From: Patescibacteria group bacterium
Lineage (GTDB): Bacteria > Patescibacteriota > Saccharimonadia > UBA4664 > SCTI01
NCBI GenBank assembly: GCA_004297735.1
Contig: SCTI01000002.1
Location: 192,160-256,159, forward strand
Direction: 5' to 3'
DNA length: 64,000 nucleotides
Position numbers and translations under genes: made by a program. The notes beneath the pieces were generated by a model. It was not told where the DNA came from. It worked only from the letters and a program-made list of their open reading frames with translations, and ran no database searches. Shown piece by piece: positions 46,701 to 54,944 of this stretch; the first letter of the stretch is position 1; each line of letters opens with the position of its first letter.

Positions 46701-47257
46701 ACTGCACCGGGGGTATTGGTATATTGTCCACTAATTGGAGTGCCAACTGGGAACGCCGACCCAGAACCAGGACAGGCATCGTATTTTCTTTCTACTATAT
46801 TACCCCCACCATCATTATCTTGTGATGGTAAGAACTGTAGGCTTTCAATCATGTCATTATCAATGTCAATTGTAGTGAATACATAAACATTCTTACTCGA
46901 CATGCTTCCTTCGCTTGAGCGCCCAAACGCATTTGTGGTAAACCCAGTCATAATATCCATATTTGAATCACCAGGTACAACTGTGTAATCAGCGCCCGTT
47001 AGCGTTTCTGTTTCATTTCCATTTGGTGTTCCATTCGCTCCCTGCAAATATACATGTGTATAATCATCACCCTGACCACCGCATATGAAGCGAAATGGAA
47101 AATATTCCTGATCATTTGGCGCAGGTGAAGACCCATCCGTGCAGTTACCGCCGCCACCACGAGCAGCATAGACGTTCGCACCCTTAATAGCCACCACAGA
47201 ACCCACCACAAGAACTGTGGCGGCAAGAAAAATAATACTTAGCCTTTTCACACCCAT
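43739..47257 (-). CDS. large secreted Cys-rich surface protein with a DUF11-like domain; candidate pilus adhesin
   Basis: Signal peptide ending VYA; ITKTASP...VKPGDRIDYTVTL.N; beta-rich C-terminus ending QPRF. Confidence 0.65.
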   Translation of the reverse strand: MGVKRLSIIFLAATVLVVGSVVAIKGANVYAARGGGGNCTDGSSPAPNDQEYFPFRFICGGQGDDYTHVYLQGANGTPNGNETETLTGADYTVVPGDSNMDIMTGFTTNAFGRSSEGSMSSKNVYVFTTIDIDNDMIESLQFLPSQDNDGGGNIVERKYDACPGSGSAFPVGTPISGQYTNTPGAVYSSTRIINPLLPYDGIATGSQNASPYSTLASDEAQVNCGAEGKMMVWKLNNLPANFNQKNPRFHFRMKLSNKIPGGVDGLFCLRTNISVQYDGYDYTTSLAQIAKKSKRQCYKVVRRTVQGQATSSTTNATGKGLGGIPITYNRNCDLDPAHNQTATTNSAGVYQFDTTVGQNTCLSPPGSTSSGGTNYNSPSPSSYLGNSVNACIINPCGGFNFVYEPIAQNPGITKTASPGTGTSVKPGDRIDYTVTLTNNLDANLPNVRFDDWVPLNMRQNIAIDGIDLATNNGPTGTERPGGWSANPYGTGLGVCPSLGTPLVYGDGSPTHLASASCATSVGGVNSPPRIAFQLSKMPAYSTLTIRWHGFVKQAKDVGVYMSTSTGNYCTTTRFYQGAWWLGVDHPEYGADFSQPGVYAGCENKSVGLQGVTNWAAVQMNNNSAISSLASDPPSSSLSNNTYHPIPGAVSCVSKSALAEFDPNGTSAGSACGIPYQSYIWSERTDLPSYSQAIMKIRAFPDLTAGPIEYYVRDQATSGLSTNMSAMAGGYQPDRNYNYSAGDDNPGGLLRWGITCLQRWPENNCAAAATPLESFDTPEYRFRVAFNNSNNLPYGSVISNNARVCWKEYWLSPVPSGYPESCATSNTVDFRRVKIDQPFYDTALGGIQAGGGVSANTAGPCTLDSIGDYTLKNNPSGGRGNGWFMVSTVDPDGPINLDSLSGITASGPTAAQCRPDLAQRSESLLVRPGGAYRGPARSSFSGSDTSLPDINNKIMTFNSPSPGSRFVLGSNTALNGSGLTNGSVGSSSDTVINKRWTLYVDGDLYIAGNVRYQDADGNKFGVSPSFGVVVTGNIYVDPAVTRLDGYYYAQGRTLTGGTINTCSAQVTPPVTAGTNIKTLSRGYKVDGVADLQIPPTAGYSVTQCSNNLRVNGIMFGRSFRFNRVPKSAPDQPSIKSEEIVFSNRLILATPPAFSDLAAQYVRTNYQGERQPRF

Positions 47258-47347
47258 ATAGTGCTTATGCTATATGAATTGGGTGATTGTTGCAATTTTA
47301 TAAATCCGCTCATAGCCCAACCTGACGGTCAGGCTACAAGTTCACAG

Positions 47348-48103
47348 CTACGGGCGGCGGGCCCAAACTACGAGCTGGTTGAACCTTACCGGCCCGTTAA
47401 GAACGTAGTCGTAGTAACCCCCAGAGGAATCGACGTAGGTGGCCTGGACTGAATTCATGCCATCAACGTAAATCCTGTACTTACAGAGGACGTTTCCGTT
47501 AAGTAGCGCCCAGCTGAAGCGAACATTGGAGGGTGTATCCCGCTGTTCCAGGCTCAGGCGAATCTGTGAAAGATTGCCATACCTGTCATCTGTTCCAGTA
47601 AACGACGCCTTGTAGGGATTGTCGCAGGAAGAGCCCACGCCACCAGACTGAGAGCCTGAGTTTGCCGAGCTTTTTGCTGCCTTGCGACTCCATACCCTCA
47701 CTTCTCGGTATGGGAACCGGCTCCCCTTCTTGGCGCGGAAGGAAATGGTTCCACCGGACGTCTTGATGCGCACCAACCTGTACACGCCGCGACGAGTGCG
47801 GACCCGCACCTTGGTGACGGCGCAACCCGGCTTGGGCGTGACGTCAACGCGGAACTTGCCGCTGAGCGACGGCAGAGGCGGTGCCTTAATCGACACCACA
47901 CCCTTATCGCCCCTTGATGAGACCTTCTTGGTCGCTGGATCGCCGACCTTGCGGTCTTTGGCGTAGACGGTCCAGGACTGATAGGTCTTGCCGGCAACAG
48001 AACAGCTGGAGGCAACCGCCTGGCTGGCCAAGCAGCTGCCAGTCAAACCCAGCAGCGCGGCCAGGATCGAGATGAGGCCAAAGCGCTTGAACACGCTCCT
48101 CAC
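47348..48103 (-). CDS. secreted basic orphan protein with two related domains
   Basis: Signal peptide ending AVA; SD AAAGGAAG; own promoter TAGACA-17-TATAAT. Confidence 0.62.
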   Translation of the reverse strand: MRSVFKRFGLISILAALLGLTGSCLASQAVASSCSVAGKTYQSWTVYAKDRKVGDPATKKVSSRGDKGVVSIKAPPLPSLSGKFRVDVTPKPGCAVTKVRVRTRRGVYRLVRIKTSGGTISFRAKKGSRFPYREVRVWSRKAAKSSANSGSQSGGVGSSCDNPYKASFTGTDDRYGNLSQIRLSLEQRDTPSNVRFSWALLNGNVLCKYRIYVDGMNSVQATYVDSSGGYYDYVLNGPVRFNQLVVWARRP

Positions 48104-48279
48104 CCTTCCTTTCTCTTCCGGGCGCGCCCGGGTAGTGTGATGGTACTTTCGATTATTGTCACCATTATTGATGGCAACGAACGCTATTATTATACACTAT
48201 AATAATGCTTTTGTCTACTTATAGTGCTGGTGGAAAATAAAAAACCGCCGTAAAGCGGTTTTGCAATAATTTCGTGATG

Positions 48280-48309
48280 GTGTGGGGCGGTCCGAAGACC
48301 GCCCCACAC
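48280..48309 (-). terminator. 13-bp perfect hairpin with a C(UUCG)G tetraloop after the 48327 ORF
   Basis: GTGTGGGGCGGTC-ttcg-GACCGCCCCACAC; a second terminator lies at about 48239-48262. Confidence 0.65.
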
Positions 48310-48326
48310 GCTGACCCTCCGCCTCA

Positions 48327-48635
48327 TCAATGGCTGTAGATGATGAGCCGAAGCCGAGAACCGCGAAGGCGGTTGAGCGGCTGACCCGGCGGGGCGGGCA
48401 GGTCGCTGGGCTGCAGCGAGGAGACCGTGACACCGGTCTTCTCGATCCGCAGCTCGCCCTTCTTGGGCGGCGACGTGCGCTGGGCGGGGGTCCGGGTGGA
48501 GAGCTGTCCGGGAACCACGATGGCCGTGGCGCCGGTCTTCTCCACCCAGGTGTTGCTCTTGGCCTCGGCCGCAGATGCGGCGAACATCGCGCAGGCGATG
48601 GCCAGGAGCAGAACGAGCAAGCGCGGCGAACGCAT
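48327..48635 (-). CDS. small secreted orphan protein
   Basis: Signal peptide ending AEA; SD AAAGGAG; own promoter TTTACA-17-TATAAC. Confidence 0.6.
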   Translation of the reverse strand: MRSPRLLVLLLAIACAMFAASAAEAKSNTWVEKTGATAIVVPGQLSTRTPAQRTSPPKKGELRIEKTGVTVSSLQPSDLPAPPGQPLNRLRGSRLRLIIYSH

Positions 48636-48846
48636 GATCGCTTCTCCTTTCCGGCCGAGGCCGGGTTTGAGGGGACTGATTCTGAGGGTTTGTATTTGGT
48701 ACTTCTATTGTAGCCACAGTTTCCTGCAACCACAATAATGTTATACACTATTTTTTTGTTTTTGTAAAGGCTTTTGTTTAAAATTGGTGGGTAGAACGTG
48801 CTGTGCTCTATCCCCTTTATCAGGTAAATGGTATAATTTTCCAGAT

Positions 48847-49926
48847 ATGAAGATCGGAATCGTGGGTCTGCCCAACGTAGGCAAATCGACCCTATTTAAT
48901 ACTTTAACTAAAAACAATGTACTGGCAGCCAACTACCCCTTTGCCACCATTGAGCCTAATGTAGGCATGGTGCCGGTGCCGGATCCGAGGTTAGCTAAGC
49001 TAGCTGAGCTTTATGGTGCCAAAAAGACGATTCCAGCCACGGTTAGTTTTGTCGATATTGCCGGTATTGTCCGTGGGGCTAGCGAGGGCGAAGGCTTGGG
49101 TAACAAATTTTTGGCCAACATTCGCGAATGTAATGCGATCGTTCAGGTGGTGCGAGCCTTTGATGATAGCGACGTGACGCACGTTGATGGGTCGGCCGAT
49201 CCCGCCCGCGACATCGAAACCATTAACACTGAATTAATTCTGGCCGACCTACAGAGCTTAGAAAAACGCCAACAACGCCTCGCTGGCGAGATGAAATCAA
49301 ACCCTAAGGTGGTCGGCCCGATTAAGGCTACCGTGGACATGGTGGCAAAAGCGCTCGATGAAGGCAAACTGGCTTCGCAGCTTGGCTTGAGCGATGACCA
49401 GCTGGAGCACATTCGCGATTTACAGCTTTTAACCGCTAAACCATTTATTTTTGTTTTTAACGTCAATGAAAGCGATTTAAGTAATGACGCCAAGCACCAA
49501 GAGTTGGCGGCGTTGGTGCCAGGGCTACCGGTAATCTTGGTTTGCGCCAAGGTTGAGGCCGAGCTAATGGAGCTTCCCGAAGATGAGGCCGCCGAGTTAC
49601 TGGCTGAACTAGGTCAGAAGCAATCTGGGCTAGAACAGTTAATCGGTGAAGGCTACAAGGTGCTTGGGCTACAAAGCTACCTCACGGCGGGCCCCAAAGA
49701 GGTGCGAGCCTGGACAATCACAGCAGGCGCTACCGCTCCCCAGGCAGCCGGGGTAATCCACACCGATTTTGAAAAAGGCTTTATTCGAGCCGAGGTGGTC
49801 GGCTATCAAGATCTGGTTGCCGCCGGCTCATTGGCCGCCGCCCGCGCCGCCGGCAAGGCTCGACTGGAGGGCAAAGACTACATTATGCGCCCGGATGATG
49901 TGGTTGAGTTTCGTTTTAACGTTTAG
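48847..49926 (+). CDS. ychF: redox-regulated ATPase YchF
   Basis: [37 protein letters not shown]. Confidence 0.95.
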   Translation: MKIGIVGLPNVGKSTLFNTLTKNNVLAANYPFATIEPNVGMVPVPDPRLAKLAELYGAKKTIPATVSFVDIAGIVRGASEGEGLGNKFLANIRECNAIVQVVRAFDDSDVTHVDGSADPARDIETINTELILADLQSLEKRQQRLAGEMKSNPKVVGPIKATVDMVAKALDEGKLASQLGLSDDQLEHIRDLQLLTAKPFIFVFNVNESDLSNDAKHQELAALVPGLPVILVCAKVEAELMELPEDEAAELLAELGQKQSGLEQLIGEGYKVLGLQSYLTAGPKEVRAWTITAGATAPQAAGVIHTDFEKGFIRAEVVGYQDLVAAGSLAAARAAGKARLEGKDYIMRPDDVVEFRFNV

Positions 49927-49947
49927 GCGGGGCGGTATGCTCAGACC

Positions 49948-50685
49948 TTACAAAGAGGTGGCCGTCATCGCATAAAAACGTTCGCGGTTGCCCTTAGCCC
50001 CAGCAACTCCCGAGTCGGCCGAAGCAATGATATTAAAGCTGCCGGTTAAGGCCTTTTCGAAGGCGGCCAAGATCTCTTGGCGCTCATTCTCGTCATCAAT
50101 AATGCCCCGAAATCGGTCGGCGGTTTCTTTGTCGGTTTCAAACTGTGGCTTCATCATAGCCACAATCAAACCGTTGGGTTTTACCAGTGCGGCCACCGAG
50201 GGTAAAATCTTTGATAAAGAAATAAATGACACGTCGGCCACCGCCATATCTGGCAGCGGATTAAGGTGATATGGCATAACGTCGCGAATATCGGTGCGCT
50301 CCATGCTAACAACTCGATTATCCTGGCGGAGCTTGTAGGCCAGCTGAGCGTTACCGACATCAACCGCGTAGACCTTTCGGGCGCCGTTCTGCAGAGCAAA
50401 ATCGGTGAATCCTCCGGTTGAAGAACCGGCATCAAGTACGACCTTATTCTTAAAATCAAGGTTGAGCGACTGTGCTACTGACGCCAGCTTCTCCCCCGCT
50501 CGAGAAACATAGCGAGACTTTTGAGTCACTTCTAGCGGAATATCTTCATCAAAACTTTGGCCCGGCTTAAGCAAGACCATGTCGTTGCTACGCACCTCGC
50601 CCGCCATTATCATTGATTGAGCTTGAGTGCGCGAATCGGCTAAGCCGCGCTGTAGCACCAGTTGATCTAGTCGGACTTTAGCCAC
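49948..50685 (-). CDS. tlyA: TlyA family RNA methyltransferase
   Basis: S4 domain RLD, YVSRAGEKL, DAGSSTGGFTD, DVSFISL, KPQFE. Confidence 0.92.
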   Translation of the reverse strand: MAKVRLDQLVLQRGLADSRTQAQSMIMAGEVRSNDMVLLKPGQSFDEDIPLEVTQKSRYVSRAGEKLASVAQSLNLDFKNKVVLDAGSSTGGFTDFALQNGARKVYAVDVGNAQLAYKLRQDNRVVSMERTDIRDVMPYHLNPLPDMAVADVSFISLSKILPSVAALVKPNGLIVAMMKPQFETDKETADRFRGIIDDENERQEILAAFEKALTGSFNIIASADSGVAGAKGNRERFYAMTATSL

Positions 50686-50696
50686 GACCGGACGGC

Positions 50697-51260
50697 CTAC
50701 TTGTGTCGTTCGAGGTAACGACCATCACGCGTATCAACCTTAATAGCGTCACCCTCATTAATAAACAGCGGCACCATAACTTCGAGGCCGGTTTCGGTAA
50801 TAGCCGGCTTTAGCGCCGTAGTAGCGGTATCGCCCTTAACGCCCGGCTCGGTTTGAGTAATGGTCAGAACAACGTTGTTACCAATATCGATACCAATCGG
50901 CTGGTCGTTAAAGTGTAGAATTATCACCTTTGCCTCGCCGACCAAGTACCGAGCAGCGTCACCAACCACATCATGGTTTAGGCCAACCTGCTCAAAGCTG
51001 TTTTGGTCCATAAAGTAGTGAGCGTCGTCGTCGCTGTAAAGATACTGCATGTTCACGCGCGACATGTCGGCGCTTTCAATCTTGTCGGACGCCCGGAAAG
51101 AGCGGTCAAAAATGGCGCCGTTAACCAGGTTTTTAAGCTTGGTTCGCATAACCGCGCCGCCTCGACCCATTGCAATATGAGACGACTCTAAAACCAAGTG
51201 TGGCGCTCCATCAATCTGAATCGCAACACCTTTCTTAAGATCGGTATGACCGTACATCAT
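50697..51260 (-). CDS. efp: elongation factor P
   Basis: MQYLY.D, TEPGVKGDT, VPLFINEG..IKVDTR. Confidence 0.93.
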   Translation of the reverse strand: MMYGHTDLKKGVAIQIDGAPHLVLESSHIAMGRGGAVMRTKLKNLVNGAIFDRSFRASDKIESADMSRVNMQYLYSDDDAHYFMDQNSFEQVGLNHDVVGDAARYLVGEAKVIILHFNDQPIGIDIGNNVVLTITQTEPGVKGDTATTALKPAITETGLEVMVPLFINEGDAIKVDTRDGRYLERHK

Positions 51261-51281
51261 CGCTATTAGCCTTTGCCTAAA

Positions 51282-51500
51282 TTAACGAACCACAAACGGC
51301 AGCAAGGCTAAATGACGTGAGCGCTTGAGCGCAACCGCCACGCGACGCTGGTGCTTCATGCAGGTACCGGTTCGCTTCCGGGTTTCGATTTTACCGTAGC
51401 CATTTAGGTAGCGCTGCAGTAGCTTAACATCTTTGTAGTCAACCTCATCCACCTTTTCGGCGCAAAAGCGGCAGACCTTTTTACTGTAAAAATTTGCCAT
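51282..51500 (-). CDS. rpsR: 30S ribosomal protein S18 (zinc-binding type)
   Basis: [23 protein letters not shown]. Confidence 0.95.
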   Translation of the reverse strand: MANFYSKKVCRFCAEKVDEVDYKDVKLLQRYLNGYGKIETRKRTGTCMKHQRRVAVALKRSRHLALLPFVVR

Positions 51501-51521
51501 AATCTTCCTTCGTTTCTCTAA

Positions 51522-51986
51522 TTAAAATGGGATCTCATCTAGGTTGACTGGCTCGTCATCCTTAAGATCTTCAATTACCACATCCTTCTTCTTGGCCGGT
51601 GCTGCGGGAGCTGATGCAGCCGGTTCGGCTGGAGTATAATCGCCGCCACCTTCGCCCGGACGATCCAAGAAGTTGATGTCGCTAGCCACGATCTCGGTAC
51701 GCTGTCGCTTTACACCATCCTTTTCCCAACTCTGGGTCTGCAGACGTCCAACCACCATAACCTTGCGGCCCTTGCCTAAGTATTGATTGGCCAGCTCACC
51801 GAGCTTACCCCAGGCGACGATTTCGTGATATTCAACCGCCTCCTTACGCTCCCCGCTACCATCTACCCAGTTTCGGTTGGTGGCGACCGCAAAAGAAGCT
51901 ACCGCTTGACCACTTGGGGTGGTCCGCAGCTCCGGATCGCGTGTTAAGTTACCCATTACAATTGCTTGGTTAAAGCTTTTTGCCAT
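51522..51986 (-). CDS. ssb: single-stranded DNA-binding protein
   Basis: GNLTRDPELR; C-terminal DEIPF. Confidence 0.95.
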   Translation of the reverse strand: MAKSFNQAIVMGNLTRDPELRTTPSGQAVASFAVATNRNWVDGSGERKEAVEYHEIVAWGKLGELANQYLGKGRKVMVVGRLQTQSWEKDGVKRQRTEIVASDINFLDRPGEGGGDYTPAEPAASAPAAPAKKKDVVIEDLKDDEPVNLDEIPF

Positions 51987-51987
51987 A

Positions 51988-52350
51988 CTACTTTCCCTCT
52001 TCTGCAGCTGGCTCTGCCGCTGCGGTTACCTCTTTCTGCTTTGGTGTATCAAGTGGCTTACGATGCTCAACAACTCGGTTCACGATTAGGAATCGCATTA
52101 CCTCTTCGGTGATACGAAGCGCCGCCTCAAGCGGGCGAATTTGTTGTGGATCAAGCTCTACCTCAAAGTAAATATAGATACCAAACTGTTGTTTGCGTAC
52201 TGGGTAAGCTAGTCGCTTTTTACCCCAGTTGTCACGCTTTGAGATTGTACCTCCGACGCCTTTAATCAGCTTTTCGACAGCTGCAATTGGCGTATCAACG
52301 TCAATCTCTAGATCAGGGTGCAATAGCACCACTAGTTCATACGGTTTCAC
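51988..52350 (-). CDS. rpsF: 30S ribosomal protein S6
   Basis: YELVVLLHPDL, WGKKRLAYPV; GTG start after AAAGGAG. Confidence 0.93.
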   Translation of the reverse strand: MKPYELVVLLHPDLEIDVDTPIAAVEKLIKGVGGTISKRDNWGKKRLAYPVRKQQFGIYIYFEVELDPQQIRPLEAALRITEEVMRFLIVNRVVEHRKPLDTPKQKEVTAAAEPAAEEGK

Positions 52351-52357
52351 ACACACT

Positions 52358-52416
52358 CCTTTCTGTGGTACCTGCCGTAAACAGGTGCCGCTTGCTTAAG
52401 GCAAGGGGCAAAAAGG
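52358..52416 (-). promoter_or_regulatory. putative S6:S18 autoregulatory leader RNA
   Basis: P1 CCTTTTTG/CAGAAAGG covers the SD; unpaired CCC; two inner hairpins. Confidence 0.5.
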
Positions 52417-52558
52417 TTGTTAATCTTCCGTACGAGAATACCAGTTTATACCTGATACGTCAAGGTGTGCCGCCATGACACACTCCTATGCTAACAACTA
52501 AATATTAAATAATTCTAAACCGATTGGCCCAAAAGCTATTTTTAAAGATAATAGAGGT

Positions 52559-53101
52559 ATGTATATTCTGCAAAGTCAACTGCGCAACCTGCCAATCATG
52601 AGCCTGCAAACCGGTAAAAGTGTGGGTATAATGCGCGAACCAATTATTAATATGGCGACGCTTGAGGTAATGGCGGTAAGCTGTCAACCGGCCGATAACA
52701 AGCGCCAATTACAGATTTTGCTTATGCGCGACATTCGGCAAATGTCGCCAGATGGCGCCATTATTGACTCTTTTGAAGACTTTTCTGATCCGCAGGATAT
52801 TGTTCGGCTTCAGCCAATTCTGCAACAGCACTACAACCCGCTGGGGGCTCGCGTGATCGACCAGCACAGTCACCGTCTCGGCAAGGTTGAGGACTACACC
52901 ATCAGCCTAAAGACGAATCAGGTTCAAAAGCTGTATGTCCACCAGTCATTAATCCGGAGTATGGTTTTTAACAACGCCATTATTGATCGATCGCAAATTA
53001 TTGATGTAAAGCCAAAACAATTTGTGGTCAGCGATACCGCAACACCGCGGTTGTCTCCGGCTGTGAAAACCGTGCCCAAACCCGCCAGCAGTCGCCCATA
53101 A
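52559..53101 (+). CDS. PRC-barrel domain protein
   Basis: LPIMSLQTG..VG; LG..V......LGKVEDY. Confidence 0.72.
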   Translation: MYILQSQLRNLPIMSLQTGKSVGIMREPIINMATLEVMAVSCQPADNKRQLQILLMRDIRQMSPDGAIIDSFEDFSDPQDIVRLQPILQQHYNPLGARVIDQHSHRLGKVEDYTISLKTNQVQKLYVHQSLIRSMVFNNAIIDRSQIIDVKPKQFVVSDTATPRLSPAVKTVPKPASSRP

Positions 53102-53233
53102 AACCATTGCCGCTTTGTGGCATAAGCGTTAACATAAAATCAGTAAGTAGGTGGAACGAGTTGCTAACAACAGCTTTATGGATTTTGGCATTTGGTATTG
53201 CCTATCGAGTGCTCGCAACCAACGTGCGCTAAG

Positions 53234-53683
53234 CTATTTTTGCGCAATCGCTTGTTTAATGGCAGTGTAGCCAAACCCTTTGCGGCGCAAATAACCAATT
53301 AAATCCTGATCATCCGGGTACCGTTGTCGCAAACCGTACAGGTCAACGCACCGCTTAACAACCTCAATCTCCTCCTGGTCGGTATACTCGGCCAACGCCG
53401 CCGCAATAATATCGCGAGCAATACCCTTGCGCTGAAGTTCGACTTGAATCTGCAAGCGACTACGCTTGGCCGAGCGGATCCGATCTTGCACCCACAGCCG
53501 CGCGAACCGGTCATCGTTGATTAAATCGTGCTCTTGCAGCTGCTCAAGGGCCTGCCTCACAACCTGGTTACTAAAACCCTTACGAGCAAGTGCCTGCTCA
53601 AGCTCATACCGACTGCGCGGCCGGTATGAGAGTAAGTTAGAAGCCGCCACCACCGCTTGCTGCAGGCGCTCTGAATCAGCCAA
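53234..53683 (-). CDS. recX: regulatory protein RecX
   Basis: LLSYRPRS..EL, INDDRFA, LRRKGF; downstream of recA. Confidence 0.9.
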   Translation of the reverse strand: MADSERLQQAVVAASNLLSYRPRSRYELEQALARKGFSNQVVRQALEQLQEHDLINDDRFARLWVQDRIRSAKRSRLQIQVELQRKGIARDIIAAALAEYTDQEEIEVVKRCVDLYGLRQRYPDDQDLIGYLRRKGFGYTAIKQAIAQK

Positions 53684-53692
53684 GGCCTTGCC

Positions 53693-54739
53693 CTAAGCGG
53701 CTACCTTACGTACCGCCGCGTCCAACTCCTTTAGGGCTTTGCCGTTTTCCTCTAAAAAGGCTTTGGCGGCCTCTCGCCCCTGACCCATCTTTTCACCCTT
53801 GTACTCATACCAGGAGCCACTCTTTTTAACCAGGTCGTACTTAACGGCTAAATCAAGTAGCTCGCCGGCAACCGAGATCCCGCGATTGTACATAATGTCG
53901 AACTCGGCCACACGGAACGGCGGAGCGATTTTATTCTTTACTACCTTGGTACGAACTCGGTTTCCAACAACCCGATCTCCCTCTTTAAGCTGCTCGATTC
54001 GACGGATGTCGACACGAACCGAGGAGTAGTACTTAAGCGCATTGCCGCCAGCGGTAACCTCAGGGTTTCCAAACATAACGCCAATCTTCATCCTTAGTTG
54101 GTTGATGAATACAACGGTGGTGTTTGACTTGTTTATAACGCCGGTAAGCTTACGTAAAGCCTGTGACATCAACCTAGCCTGCATGCCCATTTGAGCGTCG
54201 CCCATGCTGCCCTCGAGCTCAGCCCTAGGCACCAACGCCGCTACCGAGTCGACCACGACAATGTTTACTGCATTAGAACGAACCAGGGTTTCGGTGATCT
54301 CCAGCGCCTGCTCACCGGTATCCGGCTGCGAAACCAAGAGGTTATCGAGATTCACGCCAATTTTTTTAGCGTACTCAGGGTCAAGAGCATGCTCGGCGTC
54401 AACGTAGGCTGCCAAGCCACCGTTTTTTTGAACTTGCGCTACCGCATGTAGGGCTAAAGTGGTTTTACCGCTTGATTCTGGACCATAAATTTCAACTACT
54501 CGACCTTGAGGATATCCCCCTCCGAGAGCTAAATCCAAAGATAGGCTGCCGCTAGGGATGGTTTTAACGTCAATCTTATGGGTGTCGCCCAGCTTCATAA
54601 TTGAGCCGCTACCAAACTGTTTTTCGATTTGGCTGACCGCTAAGTCAACGGCTTTTAAACGAGCAGCTTTGTCATCCTTGCCAGCTGTTTCCACGATTCC
54701 GGATGCCTCCTTAGATGTTGTTGTGGTTGATGTTGTCAT
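53693..54739 (-). CDS. recA: recombinase RecA
   Basis: [35 protein letters not shown]. Confidence 0.97.
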   Translation of the reverse strand: MTTSTTTTSKEASGIVETAGKDDKAARLKAVDLAVSQIEKQFGSGSIMKLGDTHKIDVKTIPSGSLSLDLALGGGYPQGRVVEIYGPESSGKTTLALHAVAQVQKNGGLAAYVDAEHALDPEYAKKIGVNLDNLLVSQPDTGEQALEITETLVRSNAVNIVVVDSVAALVPRAELEGSMGDAQMGMQARLMSQALRKLTGVINKSNTTVVFINQLRMKIGVMFGNPEVTAGGNALKYYSSVRVDIRRIEQLKEGDRVVGNRVRTKVVKNKIAPPFRVAEFDIMYNRGISVAGELLDLAVKYDLVKKSGSWYEYKGEKMGQGREAAKAFLEENGKALKELDAAVRKVAA

Positions 54740-54902
54740 TGTACCATGTCCCTTCTGTTGATTTGCTATGGGCCATACTATAATCAATCATTATTAAATT
54801 ATTCTTTACTTTATTAGGAAGACCGGATGGGATGCGCCCCAGCACCAACGACGCATCCCGGTTTTGGAAGCTCAATGTCTGTGTTTGCCCCGGTCTGTAT
54901 TA

Positions 54903-54931
54903 AGGTTAACCGAACAAAAAGCGAACGTCAA
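54903..54931 (-). promoter_or_regulatory. recA promoter with a GTTC-N7-GTTC operator
   Basis: Minus strand TTGAC-GTTCGCTTTTTGTTCGG-T-TAACCT (TTGACG-17-TAACCT). Confidence 0.82.
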
Positions 54932-54944
54932 GCTATTTATGCTT

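Noticed and set aside
53115-53155. dif site (TTATGTTAA XerD-like arm on the minus strand)
   Set aside because: The other arm (CCACCTACTTA) does not resemble a XerC arm or an inverted partner; support is insufficient.
54820-54896. c-di-GMP-I riboswitch in the recA leader (GGCAAAC)
   Set aside because: It lacks the GNRA-capped P2 stem, the receptor and the downstream consensus.
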